This document shows positions 20,074 to 29,976 of a stretch of DNA of 64,000 nucleotides, piece by piece. The notes under the pieces were generated by a model. The model saw nothing but the letters and a program-made list of their open reading frames with translations. It was not told where the DNA came from and ran no database searches. Numbering within the stretch: position 1 is the stretch's first letter; each line of letters begins with the position of its first letter. The translations under genes were made by a program, and so were the position numbers. The DNA is from Synergistales bacterium (GTDB lineage Bacteria; Synergistota; Synergistia; Synergistales; JAFGMB01), in the NCBI GenBank assembly GCA_963666205.1, contig OY762654.1, forward strand, positions 2,080,001 through 2,144,000, read 5' to 3'.

Positions 20074-20271
20074 TTACTGCATGAACAGAAAGTAGATAAG
20101 GCCGTGGACCAGTCCGGCGAGGATGGCCCCAAGACCGCACCATTTATGTATCTTCAGAACCCTGGGTCCTTTCATGAACCTGCGGAAAAAGGGTCCGAAT
20201 AACCCTGTTGCTCCTGCTGTCAGCATGAGAATTACCGTTAACCTTCCCGACCATGTAAAAAGACCGAACAT
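20074..20271 (-). CDS. Small membrane protein
   Basis: 65 aa, 2 TM segments, H-x13-H pattern (KIHKW...LVHG); RBS AAGGGGG. Confidence 0.65.
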   Translation of the reverse strand: MFGLFTWSGRLTVILMLTAGATGLFGPFFRRFMKGPRVLKIHKWCGLGAILAGLVHGLIYFLFMQ

Positions 20272-20628
20272 AACTGTTTTCCCCCTTCTGTGTCCTGAAA
20301 TCCATAAAGCCTTTAATATGATACCACGAGGAAGATGTATTCCTTTAATATGTGCTTATTTTATGTGTTTAAAATCTCTGTTATGATGTAAAGACTCCCG
20401 GGATTGGAACTTTGATTAGCCTGGATAGTTTCCGAATGCAAGGGAAGGGTGATAGATTTGCTGCCTATTCCTTTTACCTGCTTCTTCTGTATTTGTTAAG
20501 GGAGACTTTTCTTCAGAGATGATCCAGCCTCTTTATTGTTCAGGGTATCTGTTGCGGCGTCTTTTGTCTTGACCATTATGAAAACCAGAATAGAACAAGC
20601 CTTGTTCAATACAGAGAGGTGATTACGG

Positions 20629-23202
20629 ATGTCTTGGGAGATTGAGGCCAGAGACCCCAATTTATGGGAAGCATTGTTATCCGTCAGGGGTAACTCTGAC
20701 AGCAGGCTAGCCTTGTTGTCAGCAGAGGGAAGAGAGAGTGCTTTTTCCCAACTGGCGGACTATGTGAGAAGTGCTGCCGTAGACCTGTGCAAATGGGGTA
20801 TCCTTAAAAATCACAGGATCGCCCTTGTAACAGATAACGGTCCCCATGCAGTTACCGCGTTCCTGTCTGTGTTCAGCACATGTACCTGTTTTCCACAGAA
20901 TCCATCCTCCCAGCTGGATGAGTGTATCCGTTATATGGAAGAGAGCGGGGTATCAGGAGTCCTTCACCAGGCAGACCTCGAAACGAATTTCATGGAAGCT
21001 GCATGTCACCTGCAGATTCCTGTCATTTATTTTTCCCCGAAAGATGAATTCCCGGGACTTCTATCTATATCAGATCCGCCCTTCATGAAAGGCCAGGGAG
21101 AAGAAAAACCCTCCGGAGACGATATCGCTATCATCCTCCAGACCTCTGGGACAACTTCCAGGCCTAAAATAGTCCCTTTCTCCCACAAAAGACTCATCGG
21201 GACAGCCCTATCATTTGGGGAGTCTCTCGGCCTGACCGAACAAGACAGGACCGTGAATGTAACGCCTCTTTTTCATGGATACGGGCTGAACACGGTGGTT
21301 CTTGCCACTCTTTTTTCGGGAGGGTCGGTGATTTGCTGCCGGGAGTTCCCCTTTGAAAAATTTCGGGAGATCCTTGAAAAGATGGTTCCGACCTGGTTTT
21401 CAGCTGTACCCACGGTTCTTCAATCCATCGCGGAAGATGCTTCAGGAAGGGAAATAAAGCACAAGCTGCGTTTTATCAGATCAGGTTCCTCAGCCCTTGC
21501 ATCTTCAGTAGCTGATCAGCTGGAAAAGTCCTTCCGTGTTCCCGTTGTTGAGGCATATGCGACCACTGAAACTGTCCTTATAGCAAGTAACCCCGTTGAT
21601 ATGAAGAAAAGAAAGAGGGGTTCTGCAGGTATCCCGGCAGGTTGTGAAGTTGCAATTATGGATCATTCCGGATCTTTTGTTTCTTCTCCCGGAACGGGTG
21701 AAATACTGGTCAAGGGACCCCTCGTGATGTCAGGATATGAAAACAGTCCCGAAGATAATGAAAAAGTGTTCATCCATGGCTGGTACAGGACAGGAGATGA
21801 AGGTTTCCTGGATGAGGAAGGTTTCCTCTATATAACTGGACGGATAAAGGAAATGATCAATCGGGGAGGGGAAAAAGTCTCTCCAGGGGAAATAGATGAA
21901 GTCCTCCTGAGCCACTCCTCTGTAGTTCAGGCCGTTGCTTTCCCGTTCCCCCATGCAACTCTGGGGGAAGATATTGCAGCGGCGGTTGTCCTGCGGGATG
22001 GATATACCCTTACAGGATCTCAACTGAGAACCTTTGTGGCCTCAAAGCTGGCTCCTTTCAAGGTACCCTCAAGGATCGTTATTCTTCCAGAGATACCAGA
22101 GGGACCTACAGGAAAATTTGTCCGTCGCAGTCTGGGCGAACTCATCCATTTTACCGAACCTGATAATCGTCCCATTGAAACTGATAATGAAAAGCTGTTG
22201 GCGGCAATATGGAAGGAAACACTTGGTGTGGACCCTCTGGGAGCTGAAGATGATTTCTTTGCCTCGGGAGGTAACTCCCTTCTTGCAGCCCTTTTAGTTG
22301 TAAATATCCAGACGAAAACCGGAGTAGACATTCCTCTGGCTCATATATACATGGCAAGGACTCTTGCCATGATCGCAAAGGAACTGGATAAACCCCCATC
22401 CCCGGAAATGAATGGAAATATGACTCTTATCAAACATGGTGATCCATCCAGCACCCTTTACTGTGTATTTTCCGAGGAGGACGAAGTTTCTGTGAACTTT
22501 GGAGGGATTGCCTCAACTCTCCAGGAACATGTACGGGTCGCAGGTATTGAAAAACCGGATCCGGAGTATTTCCAGACCATTGAAGAGGAAGCCCTTTATG
22601 TTGCAGAGGAGATCCTCCAGGATCGGCAGGAAGGGCCTTTCCATATTACCGGTTTCTGTTACGGGGGAATGATAGCTTTTAAAGTTGCTCAGATCCTCGA
22701 AGAAAGAGGCCATAAAGTATATTGCTGCCTTATCGATATTCCTTTCTATAAAAGCAGGCTCAGGTATTACCTTGAATACGGTACCTATTTCTGTCTGGCC
22801 AGGTTCAAATGGTTATATTCCCATGGAAATCAGAAATTGAAGGAGAGGTTGAGAAAAAATGCAAGAAAGTTCCACATCAAAACATTCTGGTCAGATCAGG
22901 GGTATTTCAGGGGCCATTGCATACAGATAGCAGGGAAATTTGTCCTCTCCAGCGATCTCTACAACGGATACTCTGAATATTTCATGCAGCATTTCGATCA
23001 TATCGATAATGTCAGCGTTGATAAGGACCATTTGCAGATGCTGAAAGGACCTGCCTCGGTGGAGATAGGCAAAGCCATAAGTCAATGGTTCTGTCAGGAA
23101 AAAGTTTCAACATGCAGAAGTGGAAATCTGATGGAGAGTCCTGATGAGAGTACAGAGAATGACATGGTTCTGGAAAAAACCATATCAGTTCACGGCGGTT
23201 AA
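20629..23202 (+). CDS. Single-module NRPS-like protein (adenylation, carrier and thioesterase-like domains)
   Basis: A domain TSGTTSRPK, EAYATTE, YRTGD, INRGGEK, GPTGK. Carrier DDFFASGGNSL. TE-like GFCYGG and DHLQML. Confidence 0.88.
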   Translation: MSWEIEARDPNLWEALLSVRGNSDSRLALLSAEGRESAFSQLADYVRSAAVDLCKWGILKNHRIALVTDNGPHAVTAFLSVFSTCTCFPQNPSSQLDECIRYMEESGVSGVLHQADLETNFMEAACHLQIPVIYFSPKDEFPGLLSISDPPFMKGQGEEKPSGDDIAIILQTSGTTSRPKIVPFSHKRLIGTALSFGESLGLTEQDRTVNVTPLFHGYGLNTVVLATLFSGGSVICCREFPFEKFREILEKMVPTWFSAVPTVLQSIAEDASGREIKHKLRFIRSGSSALASSVADQLEKSFRVPVVEAYATTETVLIASNPVDMKKRKRGSAGIPAGCEVAIMDHSGSFVSSPGTGEILVKGPLVMSGYENSPEDNEKVFIHGWYRTGDEGFLDEEGFLYITGRIKEMINRGGEKVSPGEIDEVLLSHSSVVQAVAFPFPHATLGEDIAAAVVLRDGYTLTGSQLRTFVASKLAPFKVPSRIVILPEIPEGPTGKFVRRSLGELIHFTEPDNRPIETDNEKLLAAIWKETLGVDPLGAEDDFFASGGNSLLAALLVVNIQTKTGVDIPLAHIYMARTLAMIAKELDKPPSPEMNGNMTLIKHGDPSSTLYCVFSEEDEVSVNFGGIASTLQEHVRVAGIEKPDPEYFQTIEEEALYVAEEILQDRQEGPFHITGFCYGGMIAFKVAQILEERGHKVYCCLIDIPFYKSRLRYYLEYGTYFCLARFKWLYSHGNQKLKERLRKNARKFHIKTFWSDQGYFRGHCIQIAGKFVLSSDLYNGYSEYFMQHFDHIDNVSVDKDHLQMLKGPASVEIGKAISQWFCQEKVSTCRSGNLMESPDESTENDMVLEKTISVHGG

Positions 23203-23257
23203 TGAGACAGAGAGAGAATGAACAAATTCTAAAATATCCTGACAAAGGGGTGCCATC

Positions 23258-24703
23258 ATGCATTTTACTTCTTCTATCTGGGTAGTAACGGCAGGTTATC
23301 TTGCAGTATCGCTATTTATAGGAACATGGGCTTCGAGCAGAGGTCAGTCCAGTTATGAACATTACACCATCGGTGACAAAAAACTCCGTTACTGGCATAT
23401 CATGTTCACCTTTTTTGCTACTTCATTCGGTGCTGGAAACATATTGGGAAATGCCGATAAGGCCTACAAGGTGGGGTTGCCATGGATAGCCTACATCCTG
23501 GGAGCCCAGGGGTCCAAGATCCTTTTTGCCGTCTTTCTTGTGGGTTTTCTGGCACGTTACAGATACAAGAGCCTGGCAGAGTTCACCAATGAGATCATCG
23601 TAAAAGATAAAGTGACCAGGATCCTATCAGCCCTTCTGCTATGCGGTCCATGTATTGCATGGACAGGAGCCCAGGCCATGGGTGTTGGACTGCTCTTCAA
23701 GTATTTTACAGGAGCTGATCCGACCCTGGTGGTAGTTGTTACTGCAATGGTCTTTATCCTGTATACGACCATCGGAGGGATCGAAGCGGTTGTCTGGACA
23801 GATCTCTTTCAGGGTGCGCTCATCTCTTTCCTCGCCTTGTTCTATTATTATTTCGCTTTTAAGGCCATCAACTTCGATTTTGCTTTTCTTGCCAGGGAGC
23901 TCCAGGCCATAGACCCTGGACTCTGGGATCTCAGCAGGATCAGCGGGGTAAAGGTCCTCAGCCTTTTCCTGACCGCGGCCATGGGTACGATAGTCCTGCA
24001 GGTCTTCTGGCAGCGCTGTTTTGCTGCTCAAAAACCGTCTGAGGCAAGAAATGGAATGATCTTCACCGGTGTACTGGCCATGATCTTTGTCAGCTGTACG
24101 GCATTGGCCGGCATGATCGTCCGTGTACTTAACCCGGAACTTAACACGGGTGTAGGGGCATGGATGATGAAGGAACTGCTGCCCCAGTGGGCAGCCCTCC
24201 TGATGTTCGTATTTCTCATAGCTGCTACAATGTCCACTGCAGATTCTAACCTGAATTCAGCAGCGGTCTGCATAATAAATGATATAGTCTTGCCTTTCTG
24301 TCCGAATGTATCCGATAGAACAAAGGTAAGGATGACAATGGCTGTAACAGTTTCGATAGGAATATTCGCAGTTCTGGGGACAATGTATTTCAAATACCTC
24401 ATGGATTATGTCAACTTTGCCTATACTATAGCCGGAGGGACTTTATGCCCTCTCATAATAGTTGGCCTCTTATGGCGATGGGATAAAAAAGCACCCTATT
24501 CGCACAGCAATTCCAGGATCACCCCCATGGCAGCAAAGATATCCCTTATAGCCGGTTCCGTCGTGGCTCTTCTTTTCTCCCTGGTACCGGAGCTTAAATC
24601 CATTTTCGGAGGAGGGGTAATACCTGCAGGGATGGTAACAACAGCCCTTCTCTTTATAGTGTCTTCTTTTGCCCGAAAGCCTTCAGCCATCCAGGATGTA
24701 TGA
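23258..24703 (+). CDS. Sodium:solute symporter family protein
   Basis: YTTIGGIEAVVWTD, WQRCFAA, AATMSTADS. Confidence 0.92.
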   Translation: MHFTSSIWVVTAGYLAVSLFIGTWASSRGQSSYEHYTIGDKKLRYWHIMFTFFATSFGAGNILGNADKAYKVGLPWIAYILGAQGSKILFAVFLVGFLARYRYKSLAEFTNEIIVKDKVTRILSALLLCGPCIAWTGAQAMGVGLLFKYFTGADPTLVVVVTAMVFILYTTIGGIEAVVWTDLFQGALISFLALFYYYFAFKAINFDFAFLARELQAIDPGLWDLSRISGVKVLSLFLTAAMGTIVLQVFWQRCFAAQKPSEARNGMIFTGVLAMIFVSCTALAGMIVRVLNPELNTGVGAWMMKELLPQWAALLMFVFLIAATMSTADSNLNSAAVCIINDIVLPFCPNVSDRTKVRMTMAVTVSIGIFAVLGTMYFKYLMDYVNFAYTIAGGTLCPLIIVGLLWRWDKKAPYSHSNSRITPMAAKISLIAGSVVALLFSLVPELKSIFGGGVIPAGMVTTALLFIVSSFARKPSAIQDV

Positions 24704-24781
24704 CAGATATGATTTGAGATCCGTAAGTGGTAAAACTGCTGAAAAGGCAGAAGACTTTTCAGCATGAACAAGCTTCATAAA

Positions 24782-24819
24782 ATCAGGGGGCCTCTATTCT
24801 GATAGCAGGCCCCCTTGAT
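24782..24819. terminator. Hairpin terminator between convergent genes
   Basis: ATCAGGGGGCCT...AGGCCCCCTTGAT. Confidence 0.65.
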
Positions 24820-24881
24820 CATTGTCTACTAATTTCAGGAAATGTAAAAGAATGTTCCTGTAATACCAGGGTGTTCTTCGA

Positions 24882-25877
24882 TCACGCTTCTTTGAGGTAA
24901 CGTGCAAGGAATATATCCGGCTTATGCAGCAGGAGATAACCCTTGAGCCAGGTTTCCGGCTTCATCTTGAAACAGTAAAAGGATTGGCTTCTGCGGATGA
25001 GATCAAGATACTGCGGATCTGAAAGAGAATCCCGGAACGTCTCCTTTTCTCCGGATCGAAGGGCCAGTGCAAGATCTTTTATGGCAGAGTGGGGTATCTT
25101 GTACTTATCGACCACGTCTATAAGGTTTCTGGAAGCATTGTTATCTTCAAAGAAGGAGAGGAGGGTTGAAAACATTCCCAATTCAACTTTAGCCCTGTTA
25201 CGAAGAGCCCCTGGTTGTTTTGTCTGCTGTCCCTCCCATTGGACATAATGGAAAAGCACATCATCCATACAGGTCACTTTCCCGGAGTGAAACAGGGTAA
25301 TGGCGGTAAATAACTGATCTTCCCCATAATTCACCCCTTCGTCAAAGCGTATGTTATTTTTCCTTAGAATACTGGCTCTGAGAAGGATCCGCCCCATCTG
25401 TATGGTAAGTTTATCCTTGATGAGAAACCTGTGAAGTAATTCCAGTCCGGTTTTTTCCTTTGTGAATAAAAGTTCGGATCTTTTGATGTTTCTGATGAAC
25501 CTGTTATCCCCATCTACGATATCCAGGCCACAGAATACGGCGTCGCTCTGTTCACGGATCGCCCTGTCATGAAGCTTGTACAGGTAATCAGTTTCAAAGC
25601 GGTCATCACAATCGCAAAAAATAACGAAGTTTCCCGTGGATAATTCGAAAGCCCTGTTCCTGGCTGCAGAAACACCCCTGTTTGTTCCCTCTGATACCAG
25701 TTTCCATTCCAGCCCGTTGTCTCGTATAAAAGAAGAAACGATCTCTGCGGTATTATCTTCAGAACCATCGTCAACAATAATGAGCTCAAAATCCCTGAAG
25801 CTCTGTCTAGCAAAATCATTCAGGGTTTTTTCGATTACAGAACCGGCATTGAAAGCAGGCATGAGTACACTTATCAA
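24882..25877 (-). CDS. Glycosyltransferase family 2
   Basis: ISVLMPAFN, VDDGSED, GVSAARN, DCDD, GED. Confidence 0.92.
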   Translation of the reverse strand: MISVLMPAFNAGSVIEKTLNDFARQSFRDFELIIVDDGSEDNTAEIVSSFIRDNGLEWKLVSEGTNRGVSAARNRAFELSTGNFVIFCDCDDRFETDYLYKLHDRAIREQSDAVFCGLDIVDGDNRFIRNIKRSELLFTKEKTGLELLHRFLIKDKLTIQMGRILLRASILRKNNIRFDEGVNYGEDQLFTAITLFHSGKVTCMDDVLFHYVQWEGQQTKQPGALRNRAKVELGMFSTLLSFFEDNNASRNLIDVVDKYKIPHSAIKDLALALRSGEKETFRDSLSDPQYLDLIRRSQSFYCFKMKPETWLKGYLLLHKPDIFLARYLKEA

Positions 25878-25977
25878 GGAATTACACTCTCCAGACGAAC
25901 AGATTTAAGAAAATTTTCCTGCCGGGTGACATGACTGGAAACATGATTTTCCCACATATCTGGAGTTATTAACAGCA

Positions 25978-25992
25978 TCTGACCCCATTATT
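25978..25992 (-). repeat. GGGGTC-site head (inverted)
   Basis: Reverse complement AATAATGGGGTCAGA is the same 15-mer as at 19562-19576. Confidence 0.7.
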
Positions 25993-26112
25993 GCTTCTGG
26001 CCTGCAGATTTTCCTGGCACAAATCTACGATTTCGTCCCTCCCCAAAACCTGGATCGTAGTGTCCGCTTCAGCCCACCGATAGCCTGAACAATTTCCCCA
26101 AGGGTTATGCCT

Positions 26113-26321
26113 TCCTCTGTGGTGAATCGATTTTGGATTTTTGATTTTATCGTGCAAAACCGGTCCATCATTTTGCGCAGCACACCATTGTTTATGAAAG
26201 TCTTTCCTTCTGGGTCGATGGTTTTCGCACTGAAGGTTTGTGCGAAAGTCCGACCGTCCCCGATTTATTCATGGTTTTTGGCGGATTTGTGTCTTTGCGG
26301 TGAGATATTTTTTGACTTTGA
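26113..26321 (+). repeat. Dispersed repeat X, second copy
   Basis: Direct copy of 19876-20057 with an internal insertion that carries a TTTCGCAC/GTGCGAAA hairpin. Confidence 0.85.
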
Positions 26322-26429
26322 ACTTGTTTCCCTCTATATCTCTTCCACCTGTTTGACAGCATCACTTTACCCGGATATTATGAAAATAGGTAAAATTATT
26401 TATAAAACATACAAAAGGGAGGAAATATC

Positions 26430-26987
26430 ATGAAAAGAAAAACACTCATCAGTACCATGCTCATTATCGGTTTTATCGCTGTGCCCTTCATATTTTCACC
26501 TTCCTCCCGGGCAGAGGCTACATCTCCCCCATGCGAACTTTTCACCCGGGAAGATGCAGAAGCCCTTTTCGGCGAGGAGGTCTCCGAAGGTGTTCTTCGC
26601 GATGCCGTATCACCGGCAGGACAGTCCTGCCGTTACTCATTCATGGACGCTTTCGGCATCACCCTGAGGGTTGCCACTACCGAAGCAATTGTCGAGGAAG
26701 GAATCTACGATTCGGCAAAGGATGTTTTTGAGCGTCAGGTTAAGGCTAGAAAGGCCAGTGCAAATGCATCAAAAAAATACAATGAACTCGAAAACCTGGG
26801 TGACGGAGCCTTCTGGGAAGGAACATCCCTTTGGGTGCTTGAAGGAGATGTGCTTCTGATCTTCAAAGTCAACTCGGTTCTTGAAGGTTCCTTCGAAAGC
26901 AGGGAGGCCCTTGATGAGGCAAAGGAAGCGCAGAACCTGGAACTCTCTTTGAAAGCTGCTGAAACTGTTCTGTCACGGCTGGAGTGA
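26430..26987 (+). CDS. Exported hypothetical protein
   Basis: Signal peptide, PCELFT...C...LGDGAFW; RBS GGAGG. Confidence 0.8.
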   Translation: MKRKTLISTMLIIGFIAVPFIFSPSSRAEATSPPCELFTREDAEALFGEEVSEGVLRDAVSPAGQSCRYSFMDAFGITLRVATTEAIVEEGIYDSAKDVFERQVKARKASANASKKYNELENLGDGAFWEGTSLWVLEGDVLLIFKVNSVLEGSFESREALDEAKEAQNLELSLKAAETVLSRLE

Positions 26988-27070
26988 ACATCTCCTGTTA
27001 TATACCATGGAGGACCCATACCATATAAGTGTGGATCCTGTTCCGGAATATTGCAAAAAGGAGGAATATC

Positions 27071-28141
27071 ATGGGAAGGTCTTTTAGCGCCATCACGGTT
27101 ATATTGGCGGTTATCCTGTTTTTCCCCATACTTTCTCTCGCAGAGGTCCCCATGGCGGACCTGCAGGGCTCCCAGGACAGCCCCTTACTGGGACGTTACG
27201 AAGGCTCCATCATTGTTTCCTTCGAGCACAAGAACTTCAACGAATTTACCATGCCCCTCTCCGCACTGGAACCGGTGAAGGAAAAGAGGGATCCCCGTAA
27301 CAATATCCTCTTCGAACCGAAAGAGAAGAAAACCCTCGAAGGGGAGTACTGGCGTCTGGTCTACCTTGTACCACAAGGAGTTTCCCCTCTTGAAGTTCTG
27401 AGAAACTACCAGGAGGAGATCCAGGCAAAAGGCGGAGAGATCCTTTATGAATGCAAAAGCAGCGAGTGCGGCGGAGCCCCTGAGAGGGGGAGCAGCGGCG
27501 GAGGTGGGGACATGAGCCTTGCCATGTATCTCCGGCCTGACGAAATGATAAAGGATGCCCATTTTTCGCCCGGATCCTGCGCACAGAGGGAATGGATCTC
27601 CGACCAGCGCTATACAGTGGGTGTACTGAGCGACAGCGGTGCCCATGTTTCGGTGCTTACATACACCTTGAAAGCCGGACACTCCTGCAGGGACTTCGAT
27701 GGACGGACCATTGCCGCTGTGGACATTATCCAGCCTCAAAAACGTGAACAGAAGATGGTTACCGTCAAAGCTGAAGAAATGGCTGGGGAGATATCCACCA
27801 AGGGAAGCATAGCCCTGTACGGCATATACTTCGATACCGGCAAATGGAACATAAAACCTGAATCGAATTCTACCCTTCAAGAGATAGCCAGGCTTCTCGG
27901 TGGAAACCCCGAAATGAAACTGCTGGTAGTGGGCCATACTGATAACGCCGGGACTTTTGAATTCAACATGGACCTGTCCCGTAAACGCGCTGATTCTGTG
28001 GTTAACGCCCTGGTGAGCCAGTACGGCATTGAGAAAGTCCGCCTGATGCCCGTGGGAGTTTCTTTTGCATGCCCCGTGGCATCCAATAAAACGGAAGAGG
28101 GAAAGGCAGAGAACCGCCGGGTAGAACTGGTGGAGAACTGA
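27071..28141 (+). CDS. OmpA-family protein with a DUF4892-like N-terminus
   Basis: Signal peptide, IYFDTG, VGHTD, NMDLSRKRA, NRRVELV. Confidence 0.9.
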   Translation: MGRSFSAITVILAVILFFPILSLAEVPMADLQGSQDSPLLGRYEGSIIVSFEHKNFNEFTMPLSALEPVKEKRDPRNNILFEPKEKKTLEGEYWRLVYLVPQGVSPLEVLRNYQEEIQAKGGEILYECKSSECGGAPERGSSGGGGDMSLAMYLRPDEMIKDAHFSPGSCAQREWISDQRYTVGVLSDSGAHVSVLTYTLKAGHSCRDFDGRTIAAVDIIQPQKREQKMVTVKAEEMAGEISTKGSIALYGIYFDTGKWNIKPESNSTLQEIARLLGGNPEMKLLVVGHTDNAGTFEFNMDLSRKRADSVVNALVSQYGIEKVRLMPVGVSFACPVASNKTEEGKAENRRVELVEN

Positions 28142-28156
28142 CAAGGGAGTGTTAGT

Positions 28157-28603
28157 TTGGGAAATAAGGATATGCAGCAGGAAAGGCTTATGCTGATCCT
28201 TCAGGGTCTGCCCTCGATAAAGGATCTTGCCCTGTGGTTCAAGAAAAGCCATGAAAGGGAATACCTGGACTTTGTTCCCACTGATATACCCCAGGACTTT
28301 CTTTCATATGGAGGTTTTATGGGTTTTTATCTTGTTGCAGAAGAAGACCAGCTTTACATTTACCTTCCCACCGTTACCCGGGATGGACAGACTCCAGTTC
28401 CATCAACCAGGTTATGGAAAAAATGCGACCTTACTGAAACTAATAACGATCATCTCAGGGAATTATTGATAGAGGCACTTCAGACAAGACTGAACGAGTT
28501 CAACCCGTGTAAATATTGCGGAAGATACTTCCCCCCGGAGTACAGATATGATGAAAACATTTGTCAGGGCTGTGCTGAAGAGCACCTGGGATTAGTGCAT
28601 TGA
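28157..28603 (+). CDS. Hypothetical protein with a C-terminal CxxC...CxxC zinc-ribbon-like motif
   Basis: CKYCG and CQGCAE. Confidence 0.7.
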   Translation: MGNKDMQQERLMLILQGLPSIKDLALWFKKSHEREYLDFVPTDIPQDFLSYGGFMGFYLVAEEDQLYIYLPTVTRDGQTPVPSTRLWKKCDLTETNNDHLRELLIEALQTRLNEFNPCKYCGRYFPPEYRYDENICQGCAEEHLGLVH

Positions 28604-28679
28604 GGGGGGTATATGTAGATACTCAGGCAATCGGCTTTGGCCATCCTGAATTCTGATCAGAAAGCAGGTAACCAGAGAA

Positions 28680-28907
28680 ATGAAAAAGATCAATAAGGAT
28701 AAACCTGGGAATGAAAAAAGGTATCACTTGATAGGCTGGAGTTTATTTGTAACAGGAGTTCTGTTCTTTATCGCCTCACGGTGGATTGGTCAAAATACCT
28801 TGAAACTCGTAGGTACTTTCATTTTTTCACTGGCCTGCGCCTCTTTTCTTACCCCCATGCTCTGGCCAGACAAAAATAAAGATCATGAATCAATAGATGA
28901 TCTGTAA
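28680..28907 (+). CDS. Small 2-TM membrane protein
   Basis: 75 aa, GWSLF...FFI...GTFIF. Confidence 0.6.
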   Translation: MKKINKDKPGNEKRYHLIGWSLFVTGVLFFIASRWIGQNTLKLVGTFIFSLACASFLTPMLWPDKNKDHESIDDL

Positions 28908-28936
28908 GAAATAACTGAAGTATTTCCCTTTCCGGC

Positions 28937-29031
28937 CTACCCGAACCCGTCCATCCTTTTAAAGTTTAATCCTTGCCCACTGATTCCTCACACCTAATGT
29001 ACGAGGCCTTGCATGCACGGTTTTGTAGTGC
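28937..29031 (+). repeat. Repeat Z, ending in a headless subtype-B' site
   Basis: CTACCCGAACCCGT...ATCCTT...TAATG.ACGAGG...TTTGTAGT, similar to 37316-37410. Confidence 0.75.
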
Positions 29032-29123
29032 TATCCAGTGTGTGGGTCATGTTTAGAAAAGGAGATATCTACATTCTTCTGGTGGAAAATCGTTCTTATT
29101 CGGATACCTGGATCTTAAGATCC

Positions 29124-29561
29124 TTATTTCCTTTCATACATTTTTTTGATGATCTTTTTTCCTGAAGCTGTTTTGAAGTATTTGTCTGCAAAATCCATGG
29201 CAGTATTTTTATCCAAATCCTTTTCTGGTGCATTGACGAGGAAGTCCGCTTCCACAAGTACCTGGAAATCAATGCCATCAATATACTCAAAACTGTGATG
29301 ATGGCCGATGATGAAACACACTCTTTCTATTATGTCTTCATTTATCTGCAGTTTCTCCAGAATACCCCTGGCTACAGGAGGACCTTCGCTTTCCTGGCAT
29401 TTCCAGGCGGAGGTATTGAATTTTCGTTCGCATTCTTTTATGCCAATGTCGTGGAGTATTGCTGTAATGGCGATTATTTTCCGGGTTTCGGGATCGAGGG
29501 ACTCCAGTTCGGATATGGCACTGGCGTAACCGTACACCTTTACTGCATGGTCTATTCTCTT
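29124..29561 (-). pseudogene. 5'-truncated HD-domain phosphohydrolase copy
   Basis: Near-identical to 39572-40009 but lacks the first 17 codons and the RBS. Similarity stops 8 bp before the site at 29570. Confidence 0.88.
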
Positions 29562-29569
29562 CGGAAAAC

Positions 29570-29623
29570 GGGGTCAGGCCTTGCGTGTACGGTTTTGCAC
29601 AACAAAATAACACCTCGATATTT
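29570..29623 (+). repeat. GGGGTC-site, subtype B
   Basis: GGGGTCAGGCCTTGCGTGTACGGTTTTGCACAACAAAAT, nearly the same as 42591-42629. Confidence 0.92.
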
Positions 29624-29976
29624 AACTAAAACTTTTAAAATAATGTCTTCTGCAAGGGTGGGACGAATGGAGATCAAGCACTATTTTCGATAGATTCCCA
29701 GGGCAGGGTAAATTGTTATCACTGGGAGATCCCCATTTCCTGAACCCGTTTATGATTTTTTAAGTAGACCTGGAGAAAGAATGAACAGTCCTTATCAGAG
29801 AAGAAGATATCCTCCCGATGATCGTCCCTGGATGTTATCTGATGCAGATCACCTGGAACTGAGGCCCCTGATCAAGATCACCCCCATTGTTGTTGCCCTT
29901 CAGGTCCAGTTGAAGTCCAGCGGGTGGATCTTTAAGCTGTTTTCGCATCCATTGACCAGTTCTGGGCCGTTAAACA

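Noticed and set aside
27185-28252. 355-aa minus-strand ORF
   Set aside because: Antisense shadow of the OmpA-family gene.
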